From: Candidatus Krumholzibacteriia bacterium | Lineage (GTDB): Bacteria; Krumholzibacteriota; Krumholzibacteriia; LZORAL124-64-63 | DNA length: 64,000 nt | NCBI GenBank assembly: GCA_046484865.1 | Contig: JAWOID010000144.1 | Coordinates: forward strand, 45,427-109,426 | Direction of reading: 5' to 3' | Shown here: one piece after another, positions 46,373 to 57,730 of the stretch | Numbering within the stretch: position 1 is the stretch's first letter | Layout: each line of letters opens with the position of its first letter | The notes under the pieces: generated by a model | What the model saw: only the letters and a program-made list of their open reading frames with translations | The model's database searches: none | Told to the model about the DNA's origin: nothing | Program-made: the position numbers and the translations under genes

Positions 46373-47653
46373 TCAGTGGCTGCGGCCGCTCTGCGGCTCC
46401 TCGCCGAGCCAGCTGTCGTCGTACGGGTCGTCTTCCCATCCGCCCGCGGCGGCTCCGCGCTCCTCCTCCGCGAGCAGGTCGTCGAGCGACACGATCTCGG
46501 GCCCCTGCGCCTCGAGGGCCGCGTCCTCACCGTCGTCCGGACCGCGCAGGTCGGCGAGGAAGCGGTCGAAGCTGCCGTGCCACGAGCCGGTCCCGCCGCC
46601 GTGCCCGGATATCGCCGCATCCGGCGGACGGGCGCCCTGGGGGGCGATCCGCCGCGGCATCTCGCCGGCGGCCGCTTCCGCGGTGGCGGGACCGATCCAG
46701 TCCTCGACCGGCTCTCCCTCGCTCTCCGCATAGCCGGGCTGCGGCAGTTCCACGCCGGTGCGGGCGCAGTGACGCGACACCAGCTCGTCGGCGAGGTCGA
46801 AGTAGGCCCGGCTGCCCGGCGAGCGCCGGTCGTAGATCACCGCCGGCTTGCCGCGCAGGGCCATCTCGGCCAGCCGCGTGGTGCGGGGCACGGCGGTGCT
46901 CAGGAGCGTGGCGGCGTGGTCGCTGTGCAACCGCGCGGACACGTGCCGGCCCATGCGGGTGCGCTCGGTGGCCATCGTGAGGAAGAGACCCTCCAGCTCG
47001 AGCGGTCGGGCCGCCGGTGCACCGCCGGTGCGGGCCCGCGCCTCCTCGAGGTCGGCGTTGCGGAAGCTGTCGACGAAGGCGAGCAACGGCGCCACCGAGT
47101 CGCGGCACAGTTCCTCCGCCTGCACCGGCACCAGGAAACCGTCCGACGCCAGCAGGGCCGCCCGGGCGGGTGCGCCCAGGCCCGGCGGGCAGTCGAGAAG
47201 GATGGTGTCGTAGAGGTTGCGCGCGCGATCCATCTCGGTCACGAACGCGTCCACCCGATCCTCGAGCAGGGCGAGGAAGGCGTCCTCGTCCTCGAGCGAG
47301 AGGATGCCGGGCGAGGCGAAGAACAGGTTCTTCAGCGGCGACGTCTGGGCGAGATGCACCAGGGGACGTCCGTCCCGGAACATGTCGAGCAGGCGTCCGT
47401 CGAGTTCCTCGGGACCCCGGCCCAGGCTGCGGCAGACACCGCACTGCGGGTCCAGGCCCACGACGAGCACCGTGTGGCCGGACAGGGCCAGGGCCGCGCC
47501 CAGGTTCACCGCAGACGTGGTCTTGCCGACGCCTCCCTTGCGACTGATCAGGCTGATCACCCGGGCGGAGAGGGAGTTCCAGGGGGTGGTATGGCGTGCC
47601 ACGGTGGCGATGCCGCCGGGGCGTTCGGGATGGGGCCGGCCGTTGTCGACCAT
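46373..47653 (-). CDS. ParA/Soj-family ATPase with long acidic C-terminal tail
   Basis: RKGGVGKTTSAVNL, LDPQC, LDCPPGLG, VPVQAE, VPRTTRLAE. Confidence 0.9.
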   Translation of the reverse strand: MVDNGRPHPERPGGIATVARHTTPWNSLSARVISLISRKGGVGKTTSAVNLGAALALSGHTVLVVGLDPQCGVCRSLGRGPEELDGRLLDMFRDGRPLVHLAQTSPLKNLFFASPGILSLEDEDAFLALLEDRVDAFVTEMDRARNLYDTILLDCPPGLGAPARAALLASDGFLVPVQAEELCRDSVAPLLAFVDSFRNADLEEARARTGGAPAARPLELEGLFLTMATERTRMGRHVSARLHSDHAATLLSTAVPRTTRLAEMALRGKPAVIYDRRSPGSRAYFDLADELVSRHCARTGVELPQPGYAESEGEPVEDWIGPATAEAAAGEMPRRIAPQGARPPDAAISGHGGGTGSWHGSFDRFLADLRGPDDGEDAALEAQGPEIVSLDDLLAEEERGAAAGGWEDDPYDDSWLGEEPQSGRSH

Positions 47654-47854
47654 GGGAGCTGCTCCTTCCGGCCTGCACTGTCGATGAAGAGCACGTCAGG
47701 CGCGCATGAGGAGATCGAAAATTATCCCAACCGGGCACGCCGAACAAGAGCGAACTCACATGCGGCTTGAGAACGCGCCGCCGGCGTCTACTTTTGGGGT
47801 GTCTCGCAGCACCCGCCGGTGCGAACCCGGTGGAGCCTTCAGCGGAGGAAGCTC

Positions 47855-48331
47855 ATGACCGGACGCATCGCGGTCGGCGGCATCACGCGCACGGACGGGC
47901 TCGTCCTCATCCGCGTGCTCGGTGCGCGACCCCAGCCCGGACTGGCCGCCAAGACGCTCTCCACTCTCGGCAACCAGGGGATCAATCTCACCTGCGTCAC
48001 GTCGTTCGTGGATACGGACCGACGAGACAACCTCTGCCTGGCGCTGGCCGAGAAGGATCTCGACCAGGCTCTGGGCCTGCTGCAGACCATCAAGGAGGAG
48101 ATCGAGGCCGGCGCCATCGAGTACCAGCGCCGCTGCTGCGCCCTGTCCGTGTACGGTCCCCACTTCAGCGAGCGTCCCGCCATCGCGGCCCGCGTCTTCG
48201 AGGCCACCGCCGCCGCCGGCGTGGACGTCCTGGCCATCACCTCCTCCTTCGCTTCCGTGTCGTTCCTGGTCGACGAGTCGGATGCCGAGGTGTCGGTGCA
48301 GCGGCTGCGCGAGGCCTTCGTCGTCCCCTGA
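47855..48331 (+). CDS. Stand-alone tandem ACT-domain protein (aspartokinase regulatory region-like)
   Basis: PGLAAKTLSTLGNQGINL and LSVYGPHFSERPAIAARVFEA..GVDVLAITSS..SVSFLV; GGAGG RBS. Confidence 0.82.
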   Translation: MTGRIAVGGITRTDGLVLIRVLGARPQPGLAAKTLSTLGNQGINLTCVTSFVDTDRRDNLCLALAEKDLDQALGLLQTIKEEIEAGAIEYQRRCCALSVYGPHFSERPAIAARVFEATAAAGVDVLAITSSFASVSFLVDESDAEVSVQRLREAFVVP

Positions 48332-48436
48332 ACCGCGCTCCCGGCAGCCCGGCGTCCCGCGGGAGATCGCCGTGCCAGCGTCGCTCCGGCGTCGTGCGCG
48401 ACGGCGAGAAGCGGTTCTGGGCCGAGAAAATGTCCG

Positions 48437-50110
48437 TCAGTACCGGAAGCCGCTCTCGCCGATGAACTCGCGCAGCAGCGAGGTCGCCGGCACCTGACGG
48501 GCGTCGAGGGGCAGCAGCAGGGTCAGCAGTTCGATCAGGCTGCGGGCCGTGTCGAAATTGGGATCGTCGGGCGGGACGGCCGCCAGACGCGGCTCGGCCC
48601 AGAGCTTCAGCACCGCCAGCTCGTACGCCAGTCCGGAATTGAAGAAGACGTCCGCCTCGTCCTGGTAGGGGAAGATGTGCCGCTCCTCGCCCGCGCGCAC
48701 CTTGGGCCAGCGGGCCAGGGTCTCGGAGGCGGTGTAGCCGCGAAACTGGGCGTCGCGCACGATCCGCCGGAACAGGCGGGTGGTGGACGTGTGGATGTAG
48801 CTGGCGTTGTCCAGGTTGAGGTGACACAGCGCCGACACGTAGACCCGCAGCCGCTGCCGGGGCGGCACGGCTGCGGCCAGGCGCGGGTTGAGGGCGTGGA
48901 TCCCCTCCACGATCAGCGGTTGCCCGGGTGCGATGACCGTCGGCGCGTCGCACAGGCAGCTGCGGCCGGTGCGGAAGTCGTAGCGCGGCAGCTGCACCGA
49001 GGCACCGGCGAGCAGGCGGCCGATGTCCTCGTTGAACGCATCCAGGCGCAGGGCCTCGAGAGCCTCGTAGTCGTAGTCGCCGAGCCCGTCGCGCGGGGTC
49101 TGATCGCGATCCACGAAGTAGTCGTCCAGCGAGACGGCCTGGGGCTCCAGACCGAGCACACGCAGTTGCAAGGCGAGTCGCTTGGCGAAGCTGGTCTTGC
49201 CGCTGCTGGAGGGACCTGCCACCATCACCACGCGGCCGTCGTCCGGCAGCTCGGCCACGCGGCGGGCGGTCTCGGCGATCACCTGGGCATGGCGAGCCTC
49301 GCAGACCTGCACCAGTTCCGCGGTGCGGCCGTCCACGATGTAGCGGTTCAGGTAACCGACGTCCTGGATCCCGAGTCGGCGCAGCCAGCCGCCGTACTCG
49401 CGGAGGCTGGCCAGCAGCTTGGGTCGGGGCTGGAAGTCGGGCAGCCGGTCCGGATCGTCGGCCTCGCCCGCCAGCAACACCAGGCCGGGAGGGACGGGTC
49501 GCAGCGCGAACGCGCGCACGAAGCCGGTGGACGGGAGCGTGCGGCCGAAGAAGAGGTAGCGCGCGTCCTCGATCCGGGCCAGGGTCACCTCGTCGCGACG
49601 GATGTACTGCAGCGTGGTGAAATCCTGGGTGAGACCGTTCTGCTGCCGCAGGCGCTGCAGGCCGCGCAACCCGAACTGCTGGTGCACGATGGGCAGATCG
49701 GCCCGGGCCAGGTCCTGCATCTCCGCCTCCAGTTGCGCCACCTCCGCCGCCTCGAGCGGGGTCGCGCGCCGCAGTTCGGCGTAGATTCCCGGGCCGTAGC
49801 TGAAGTCGATCCAGATCTGGTCGTGCGGGAACAGCCGTTCCGCGGCCACCGCCAGCAAGAAGCAGAGCGTGCGCAGGCGGGTGTCGTGGACGCGGGGATC
49901 CCGCAGCCGGACCAGCTCGATCTCCTCCTCGCCCCACAGGGGCTGAGCGAGGCTGGTGAGCCGTCCGTTGATCACGGCCAGCGCCACCGGGTCGTCCTCG
50001 CCGGCGCCGGGCGGGCCGCCCTGCGCCGCCAGGACCGCGTCCAGGGTGATGCCGGTGACGGTGGGGACGCGCTCGCCGTGGATCTCCACCCAGTGCTGCT
50101 TGTGGCCCAT
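48437..50110 (-). CDS. Nucleoside (uridine) kinase fused to a ThrRS N-terminal-like domain
   Basis: AGPSSSGKTSFAKRL, SLDDYFVDR, IVEGIHALNP, RRIVRDAQFRG, VRAGEERHIFPYQ, TSLLREFIG. Confidence 0.88.
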   Translation of the reverse strand: MGHKQHWVEIHGERVPTVTGITLDAVLAAQGGPPGAGEDDPVALAVINGRLTSLAQPLWGEEEIELVRLRDPRVHDTRLRTLCFLLAVAAERLFPHDQIWIDFSYGPGIYAELRRATPLEAAEVAQLEAEMQDLARADLPIVHQQFGLRGLQRLRQQNGLTQDFTTLQYIRRDEVTLARIEDARYLFFGRTLPSTGFVRAFALRPVPPGLVLLAGEADDPDRLPDFQPRPKLLASLREYGGWLRRLGIQDVGYLNRYIVDGRTAELVQVCEARHAQVIAETARRVAELPDDGRVVMVAGPSSSGKTSFAKRLALQLRVLGLEPQAVSLDDYFVDRDQTPRDGLGDYDYEALEALRLDAFNEDIGRLLAGASVQLPRYDFRTGRSCLCDAPTVIAPGQPLIVEGIHALNPRLAAAVPPRQRLRVYVSALCHLNLDNASYIHTSTTRLFRRIVRDAQFRGYTASETLARWPKVRAGEERHIFPYQDEADVFFNSGLAYELAVLKLWAEPRLAAVPPDDPNFDTARSLIELLTLLLPLDARQVPATSLLREFIGESGFRY

Positions 50111-50225
50111 GGCGCTCCCTGGCCGCGTAGCTCCGGCCCGCCGGGCGCCGGAGCCTTGGCTTGTCAGGATCGGGAAACGTGCTATCTATGACGCCGAGGT
50201 CCGCGGGGCGGAACCTGGCGGGGGC

Positions 50226-50528
50226 TCACGTCTCGCCACCGGTCTTGCCGGCTCCGCCGGGCGCCGGCTTGGCGTCGGTGCCACCCTTGGTATCGGCAGT
50301 CTTGGGGGACGGGTTGCGCGCGGAATCGTTGCCGTCGCCGCCGGTGGAGCGGCGCGAGTCGGTCACGTAGAACCCGGAGCCACGGAAGAGGATGCCCGCA
50401 CCGCCGCTGATCAGCCGCTCCACCTTGCCGCGGCATTCGGGACAGCGCTTGCGCGGGGGATCCTGGATGGAGCGGATCTCCTCGAAGATGTGGCCGCACC
50501 TGGTGCATTCGTATTCGTAGGTGGGCAC
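50226..50528 (-). CDS. FmdB-family zinc-ribbon protein
   Basis: GTG after GGAGG; PTYEYECTRCGH, CPECRG, FRGSGFYVTD. Confidence 0.9.
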   Translation of the reverse strand: MPTYEYECTRCGHIFEEIRSIQDPPRKRCPECRGKVERLISGGAGILFRGSGFYVTDSRRSTGGDGNDSARNPSPKTADTKGGTDAKPAPGGAGKTGGET

Positions 50529-50685
50529 GGTGAACCTCCCGGTGAAGGCGCCGGTGCCTGCGGCGCCGGATCGTCGTGACGGAACGATGAGCGCCACCAA
50601 TATGGGGCGCGGCTGCGAACATCGCCAGTGAGCCGGAGGTTCCCGCCGTCGGGCGGGGACCGCGCACCTGCAGGAAGGAGACGGG

Positions 50686-51693
<1,008 letters not shown>

Positions 51694-51866
51694 CCCGGTA
51701 GGACCGGCGGGAGCACGGAGCACCCTGCCGTCGCGCCGCGGCGGCCGGGCGCCCGATCTGGCATCCTTGCCCTGCATACCCTAATATTGAACATGCGAAG
51801 ACACCTCATGGACCGGGCCGGAGCCGCCGCGCGGCGACTCCGGCCCGTCTGCCCCAGGACGCCGTG

Positions 51867-53948
51867 ATGAGCCCGATCCGCAACACCGCCGCCGCCCCGC
51901 ACCCGCACCGCATCGTCTGGCTCGCCGTGGCGACCGCCGCCCTGCTGGCGTACGCTCCGGGCGAGCACGCCGCCGCCGCGCCCGTACCGCTGGCCCCGCT
52001 GCCGCAGGACGGGGTGTCCGCGCCGGGCTACGCGGACCGGCTCGGTCGCCTGCACGAGGCCGAGGGCAAGGCGCGCGCCCTGTCCCGCCGCGCGGCCCTC
52101 AAGGAGGCGAACCTGGTGGTCGGCCCCACGCCGGCGATGGATCTGTACGACGCGCTCTTCTACGACCTGGATCTGACCCTCGACCCGCCCGGGCGACTGC
52201 TCACCGGCACCGCCGTCATCCGCGCCCGGATCACCGGCGCCCAGCTCGACACGCTCGACTTGCACCTGCACCCGAAGATGGACGTGAGCAGCGCTGCCAG
52301 CGGTGGCCAGCCGGTCGGTTTCGTCCGCGCCGGCGAGATCCTCGGCGTGGCGCTCCATCGCACGCACCTGCAGGGCGAGATCGCGGAGGTGACCGTCGCC
52401 TATGCGGGCGACCCGGCGGGCGACTACTTCGGCTGGGACAGCTACGGCGGGCAGCCGCTGATATGGAGCCTCAGCGAGCCATACGGCGCCCGGGAGTGGT
52501 GGCCGTGCAAGGACGTGAACACGGACAAGGCCGATTCGCTGGATCTGCGGGTGACCGTCCCGGATGGACTGGTGGTCGCCAGCAACGGCATCCTGGCCGG
52601 TGAGACCGCTGCCGACGGCTGGCGCACCTTCCACTGGCAGGAGCGCTATCCCATCGCCACTTACCTGGTGTCGCTGGCCATCCATCCGTACGCGGAGTTC
52701 TCCACCTGGTACCAGCCGCAGGACGGCGGCGAGCCCATGGAGATCCGCCACTGGGTCATTCCGTCCTACCTGGCGCAGGCGCAGGCGGGGTACGCAGTCA
52801 CCGACGAGATGATCGACGTCTTCGCCCAGGCCTTCGGCGAGTACCCGTTCGTCGAGGAGAAGTACGGCCACGCGCACTTCCCCTGGTACGGCGCGATGGA
52901 GCACCAGACCTGCACCAGCATCTACTACGGCGCGTACGGCTGGGGGATCATCGCGCACGAACTGGCGCACCAGTGGTTCGGCGACCTGATCACCTGCGCC
53001 GACTTCCACCACATCTGGTTGAACGAGGGGTTCGCCACCTGGTGCGAGGCGTACTGGCTGGAACGCACCCAGGGCATGCAGGCGTACCGCGACGACATGC
53101 TGGCCAATCGGTACTTCGGCGGCGGGACCGTCTACGTGGAGAATCCCGACAGCTTCCACGAGGTGTTCGACTACGATCTGACCTACCAGAAGGCGTCGTG
53201 GATCGTGCACATGCTGCGGGGAGTGATCGGGGACGACGACTTCTTCGCCGGGCTCGCGCTGTACCGGGAGCGGCACGCCTACGGCAGCGCCACCAGCGCG
53301 CAGTTCCAGGCGCTGATGGAGGAGGTCTCCGGCCGCGATCTCGAGGCGTTCTTCCAGCAGTGGCTGTACGGGGAATACTACCCTGCCTACCGGTATGCTT
53401 ACACGACGGCTCCGGCCGGCAGCGGCCGCACCAGTGTCGTGCTGGGCCTGGATCAGGTCCAGACGGCGGGTGGTCTCTTCCAGATGCCCGTCACCGTGCG
53501 GGTGACCGCCGGCGGCGAGCAGCACGACTTCGTGGTGGAGAACGAGGAGTGGAGCCAGGTCTTCACCTTCGAGGTTCCCGCGGAGGTGACGGCGGTGGCG
53601 ATCGATCCGGACCACTGGATCCTGCGCACCGTCCAGCAGGGCCCGGTCACCGGGGTGCCGGCTGCGTCCGCCACGGCTCGGCTCCTGCCCGCCCATCCCA
53701 ACCCCTTCAATCCGCGCACGACCCTCGGCTTCGACCTCTCCATGCCCGGACCGGTGCGGCTGGATCTCTTCGATCTGCGCGGGCGCCGGGTGCGCACCCT
53801 CGTGGACGGAGACCGGCCCGCCGGGCGGACCCTGGTCGAGTGGGACGGACGCGGTCGGACCGGTGAGGAACTGTCGTCGGGCACGTATCTCGCGCGCCTG
53901 ACCACGGCGGCGGGGATGCAGACGCGCAAGCTCACCCTCGCCCGCTGA
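51867..53948 (+). CDS. Secreted M1 aminopeptidase with FlgD-Ig-like C-terminal domain
   Basis: Signal peptide; WWPCKD, GAMEH, HELAHQWFG..WLNEGFATW, YQKA; AHPNPFNPRTT. Confidence 0.92.
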   Translation: MSPIRNTAAAPHPHRIVWLAVATAALLAYAPGEHAAAAPVPLAPLPQDGVSAPGYADRLGRLHEAEGKARALSRRAALKEANLVVGPTPAMDLYDALFYDLDLTLDPPGRLLTGTAVIRARITGAQLDTLDLHLHPKMDVSSAASGGQPVGFVRAGEILGVALHRTHLQGEIAEVTVAYAGDPAGDYFGWDSYGGQPLIWSLSEPYGAREWWPCKDVNTDKADSLDLRVTVPDGLVVASNGILAGETAADGWRTFHWQERYPIATYLVSLAIHPYAEFSTWYQPQDGGEPMEIRHWVIPSYLAQAQAGYAVTDEMIDVFAQAFGEYPFVEEKYGHAHFPWYGAMEHQTCTSIYYGAYGWGIIAHELAHQWFGDLITCADFHHIWLNEGFATWCEAYWLERTQGMQAYRDDMLANRYFGGGTVYVENPDSFHEVFDYDLTYQKASWIVHMLRGVIGDDDFFAGLALYRERHAYGSATSAQFQALMEEVSGRDLEAFFQQWLYGEYYPAYRYAYTTAPAGSGRTSVVLGLDQVQTAGGLFQMPVTVRVTAGGEQHDFVVENEEWSQVFTFEVPAEVTAVAIDPDHWILRTVQQGPVTGVPAASATARLLPAHPNPFNPRTTLGFDLSMPGPVRLDLFDLRGRRVRTLVDGDRPAGRTLVEWDGRGRTGEELSSGTYLARLTTAAGMQTRKLTLAR

Positions 53949-53975
53949 CCGGTTCCGGCGCGACGGTCGCATCTG

Positions 53976-53984
53976 TGATAGAAT
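53976..53984 (+). promoter_or_regulatory. Extended -10 promoter of the S8 peptidase
   Basis: TG-A-TAGAAT in the intergenic gap. Confidence 0.5.
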
Positions 53985-54052
53985 GGATGACATGGCCGTG
54001 GCGAGCCCTCCCGGCTCTCCGTGACACCTGCTGCAGATCGAAAGGGCTCCAC

Positions 54053-57000
54053 GTGAAGCTCGGGCGTGCCGTGCTGGCGGGTCTGACGATCCTCCTCGCC
54101 TGGGGAGTGGCGAGCGCCGGCACCATCTCGCCCGGTCTCGAGGCGCAGCTCGCGGAACTCGCTCCCGGCGGGACGCTCAAGGTCCTCGTCGTCCTGCGCG
54201 AACAGGTGGATACGGCCTCGCTCGACCGGCAGCTGCGCTGGCAGAAGGCGGCGCTGCCGATCCGTCACCAGACCGTCGTCCAGACGCTGCGCGAGGTGGC
54301 CGCCCGCACCCAGGGAGACCTCGTCGCGGCGCTGGCGAGCGAGAAGGCCGGCGGCCGCGTCGTCGGCTACACGCCGCACTGGCTCGTGAACGCGGTGGTC
54401 GTGACCGCCGAGGGCGACGCCGTCCGCGCCATCGCCACCCGCGACGACGTGGAGCGGGTGGAGCCCGACCTCGTGGCGGAACTCGTGGCTCCGGTCGTCG
54501 CCGCCAAGGACGTCGCGGCGACGGGGGCTGTCGACGACGTCCGGGGCATCGGGACGGCGCCGGGGGTGCGAGCCGTGCGTGCTCCCGACGTGTGGACCGA
54601 ACTGGGCGTCCGCGGCGATGGGGCGCTCGTCGGCACCCTCGACACGGGCGTGGACGGATCGCACCCTGCCCTGGCGGAGCGCTGGCGGGGCAACTTCGCC
54701 CCCCCGGGCGAATGCTGGCTGGACGCCGCGAATCTCGGCGATCCGGATTTCCCGCGGGACCGGTACGATCACGGCACGCACGTCATGGGGACGCTCACCG
54801 GCCTGGCTCCCGGCGACACCATCGGCGTGGCGCCGGGCGCTCGCTGGATCGCCGTCAACGGGATCGCCATGGAGACCGGGCCCGCATTCGACAACGCGGT
54901 GCTCGCGTCCCTGGAGTTCCTGACCGACCCCGACGGCGATCCCACCACGCACGACGACGTCCCGGACGTCGTGCAGAACTCCTGGGGGGTCAACAAGGGC
55001 TACACCGGCTACCTGGAGTGCGACAGCCGCTGGTGGACCGCGATCGACAACTGCGAGGCCGCCGGGGTGGTCCTGCTCTGGGCCGCCGGCAACGAGGGTC
55101 CCGGCGCTTCCACCCTGCGTTCGCCGGCGGACCGGGCCGCCAGTCCCATCAGCTGCTTCAGCGTGGGCTCCACGGGCGCGGAATCGCCGTACACCATCAG
55201 CAGCTTCTCGAGCCGCGGCCCTTCCACCTGCGCCGATCTGGCGCCCGGGCTGGAGATCAAGCCGGAGCTGGTGGCCCCCGGCGCCGAGATCTACAGCTCG
55301 GTTCCCGGCGGCGGGTACCAGTACCTCAGCGGCACCTCGATGTCCGGTCCGCATGTCGCGGGTGTGGTGGCGCTCATGCGCTCGGCCAACCCGGACGTGG
55401 ACGTGACGACCATCAAGCAGGTGCTGATGGCCACCGCCGTGGACCTGGGCCGCGAGGGCGAGGACGACGTCTACGGACATGGGTTCGTGGACGCCTACGA
55501 GGCGGTACTCGCCGTGATGGGCGGGCTCGGTCACGTCGAGGGCACGGTGACCGATCTCACCACCGGCCAGCTGATCGCCGGCGCCTCGTTGCGGGTGGTG
55601 GATGGATTCCAGAGCACCACGACCGACGCGAACGGCCACTTCCGTCTGCCGCTACGACCGGACACGCCCACCACGGTCGAGGTGAGCTTCTTCGGCCACG
55701 CCGTCCAGACCTTCACGGCGACCGTCGCGGCCAACCAGTCGGTCATCCGTGACGTGTCGACGTACCGCCAGAACTGGGCCGCCGTGAGAGGCGTCGTGTA
55801 CGGCGACGGGCAACCCCTGCCGGGCGCCAGCGTCGCTCCGCGCGGAACTCCCGTCCCACCGGTCGTCACCGACGAATCCGGTGCCTACAGCCTCTCCCTG
55901 CCGATCGACCTGACGGGCTCCTACGAACTCGTCGCCGACTCCTTCGGCTGGGGCGCAGTGCCCCGCGCGGCGGACGTCGTGGGCGACATCCGGCTCGACT
56001 TCCAGCTCCGGACTGCCCAGGAAGAGGACTTCGAGAGCGGCGACTTCAGCCGTCACGACTGGAGTTCAACCGGCGAAGCAGCCTGGCTGGTGGAGGCGGG
56101 GCAGGCCTGGGACAGCGACCACTGCGCGCGCTCGGGCGGCATCGGCGACGGCCAGGCCAGCGTCCTGACACTCACGGTGGACGTGCCCGCCAGCGGCGAG
56201 ATGGGTTTCTTCTACCGGGTGTCGTCGGAGGCCGGCTTCGATTTCCTGGAGTTCCACGTCGACGGAGTCCGCGTCGGTCGCTGGGCAGGAGAGGTCGCGT
56301 GGACCGAGTTCATCACGCCGCTCGAGGCGGGGGCGCATGAACTCCGCTGGGTGTACGACAAGGACGGCTCGACGAGCAGCGGCGAGGATGCGGCGTGGCT
56401 GGACATGATCTCGCTGCCGGCGGGCACCCCGCCGGCGGTGGTGCTCGGCCACCAGGAGTTGACCTTCGGCACGCTGGTGGACGGCATCGGCATCCGCCGC
56501 ACGACCGTGCAGAACCTGGGTGGCAGCGCGCTGCTCTATCACCTCGCGCTGGAGAGCCTGGACGGACCGGCGGCCGCGTCCGCGGCGGCGGCCGCCGGAG
56601 CCGTTGCCGGGGCTCCGCACCGCACGCTCGACGGCGACGAGACGGCCCGATCGGGCGGGGGGCCGGACCGTTTCGGCTACCGCTGGCTGGACAGCACCGA
56701 CCCCGACGGTCCGGAGTACGCCTGGGTGGACATCGCCGACGTCGGCACGCAGGTCGGCGCGGGCGACGACGCCACGCACGGGCCGTTCCCGCTCGGCTTT
56801 CCGTTCCGGTACTACGGCGAGGACTATACCGCCGTGCGGGTATGCACGAACGGGTTCCTGCAGTTCGCCGGGAGCGACGACCACTACACGAACCAGGACA
56901 TCCCCACGCCGGGCGCGCCCGACGCCATCGTCGCGCCGTTCTGGGACGATCTCAACCCGAACAGCGGCGGCGCCATCCTCCAGTATCGCGACGAGGCGAA

Positions 57001-57730
57001 TGCCCGCTTCATCGTGCAGTGGGAGCGCGTGCCGCACTACAATCCGAGCGACACGCCGGAGACGTTCCAGGTCATCCTCCACGCCGACGGCAGCATCCTC
57101 TTCCAGTACCGGCAACTGAGCGCGGTCGAGAGCTGCACGGTCGGGATCGAGAGCCAGGACGGCACCGACGGGCTGCGGGTGGTCTACAACGGCGCGTATC
57201 TGTTCGACGGCCTCGCCATCCGTTTCAGCCCGGATCCGCCGGTCCCGTGGCTGGTGGTGTTGCCGGCCTCCGGGAGCGTGCCGGCCGGCGGCGCGGCCCT
57301 GATCGAGGTGGTCTTCGATGCCGCGGAGCTGGCGCCCGGCACGTACCGTGCCGCCCTGGTCGTGACCACCAATGACCCGACTGCGAGTCTCGTCCAGGTG
57401 CCGGTCACGCTGGTCGTCACCGCCGACCCTACTCCGGTGGACGGGCCGCCGCCGGCCTTCGGACTGCGCGGCGCGGTGCCCAATCCGTTCAATCCCTCGA
57501 CCGACATCCACTTCTCCCTGCACCAGGCGGGCGCCGTGGATCTGCGCCTCTACGACCTGTCCGGGAGGCTGGTGCGCACGCTCGTGGCGGACGTCCGGCC
57601 CGCCGGCACCCACCAGGTGCGGTGGAACGGTCGCGATCATGCGGGCCGGCCCGCGGCTTCGGGCGCCTACCACGCGCGCCTGTCCGCCGGCGGCCGGACC
57701 GCGGTGACGAAGCTCACGCTCGTCCGCTGA
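54053..57730 (+). CDS. Secreted S8 (bacillopeptidase F-like) serine peptidase with propeptide, carboxypeptidase-regulatory, beta-sandwich and FlgD-Ig-like domains
   Basis: Triad LDTGVD, HGTHVMG, GTSMSGPHV; NSWG, AAGNEG, FSSRGP; AVPNPFNPSTDIHF; GTG start inferred. Confidence 0.92.
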   Translation: MKLGRAVLAGLTILLAWGVASAGTISPGLEAQLAELAPGGTLKVLVVLREQVDTASLDRQLRWQKAALPIRHQTVVQTLREVAARTQGDLVAALASEKAGGRVVGYTPHWLVNAVVVTAEGDAVRAIATRDDVERVEPDLVAELVAPVVAAKDVAATGAVDDVRGIGTAPGVRAVRAPDVWTELGVRGDGALVGTLDTGVDGSHPALAERWRGNFAPPGECWLDAANLGDPDFPRDRYDHGTHVMGTLTGLAPGDTIGVAPGARWIAVNGIAMETGPAFDNAVLASLEFLTDPDGDPTTHDDVPDVVQNSWGVNKGYTGYLECDSRWWTAIDNCEAAGVVLLWAAGNEGPGASTLRSPADRAASPISCFSVGSTGAESPYTISSFSSRGPSTCADLAPGLEIKPELVAPGAEIYSSVPGGGYQYLSGTSMSGPHVAGVVALMRSANPDVDVTTIKQVLMATAVDLGREGEDDVYGHGFVDAYEAVLAVMGGLGHVEGTVTDLTTGQLIAGASLRVVDGFQSTTTDANGHFRLPLRPDTPTTVEVSFFGHAVQTFTATVAANQSVIRDVSTYRQNWAAVRGVVYGDGQPLPGASVAPRGTPVPPVVTDESGAYSLSLPIDLTGSYELVADSFGWGAVPRAADVVGDIRLDFQLRTAQEEDFESGDFSRHDWSSTGEAAWLVEAGQAWDSDHCARSGGIGDGQASVLTLTVDVPASGEMGFFYRVSSEAGFDFLEFHVDGVRVGRWAGEVAWTEFITPLEAGAHELRWVYDKDGSTSSGEDAAWLDMISLPAGTPPAVVLGHQELTFGTLVDGIGIRRTTVQNLGGSALLYHLALESLDGPAAASAAAAAGAVAGAPHRTLDGDETARSGGGPDRFGYRWLDSTDPDGPEYAWVDIADVGTQVGAGDDATHGPFPLGFPFRYYGEDYTAVRVCTNGFLQFAGSDDHYTNQDIPTPGAPDAIVAPFWDDLNPNSGGAILQYRDEANARFIVQWERVPHYNPSDTPETFQVILHADGSILFQYRQLSAVESCTVGIESQDGTDGLRVVYNGAYLFDGLAIRFSPDPPVPWLVVLPASGSVPAGGAALIEVVFDAAELAPGTYRAALVVTTNDPTASLVQVPVTLVVTADPTPVDGPPPAFGLRGAVPNPFNPSTDIHFSLHQAGAVDLRLYDLSGRLVRTLVADVRPAGTHQVRWNGRDHAGRPAASGAYHARLSAGGRTAVTKLTLVR

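Noticed and set aside
47797..47840. Small hairpins in the ACT gene leader as a riboswitch
   Set aside because: Too short and no lysine, T-box or SAM consensus features
50161..50189. + strand promoter-like TTGTCA-16-TATCTA pointing antisense into the FmdB gene
   Set aside because: Weak -10 and spacing; the AT-rich patch is equally explained by the promoter of the minus-strand kinase gene
51759..51777. TGGCATCCTTGC as a second sigma54 site before the M1 peptidase
   Set aside because: GG-to-GC spacing is not the required 10 nt
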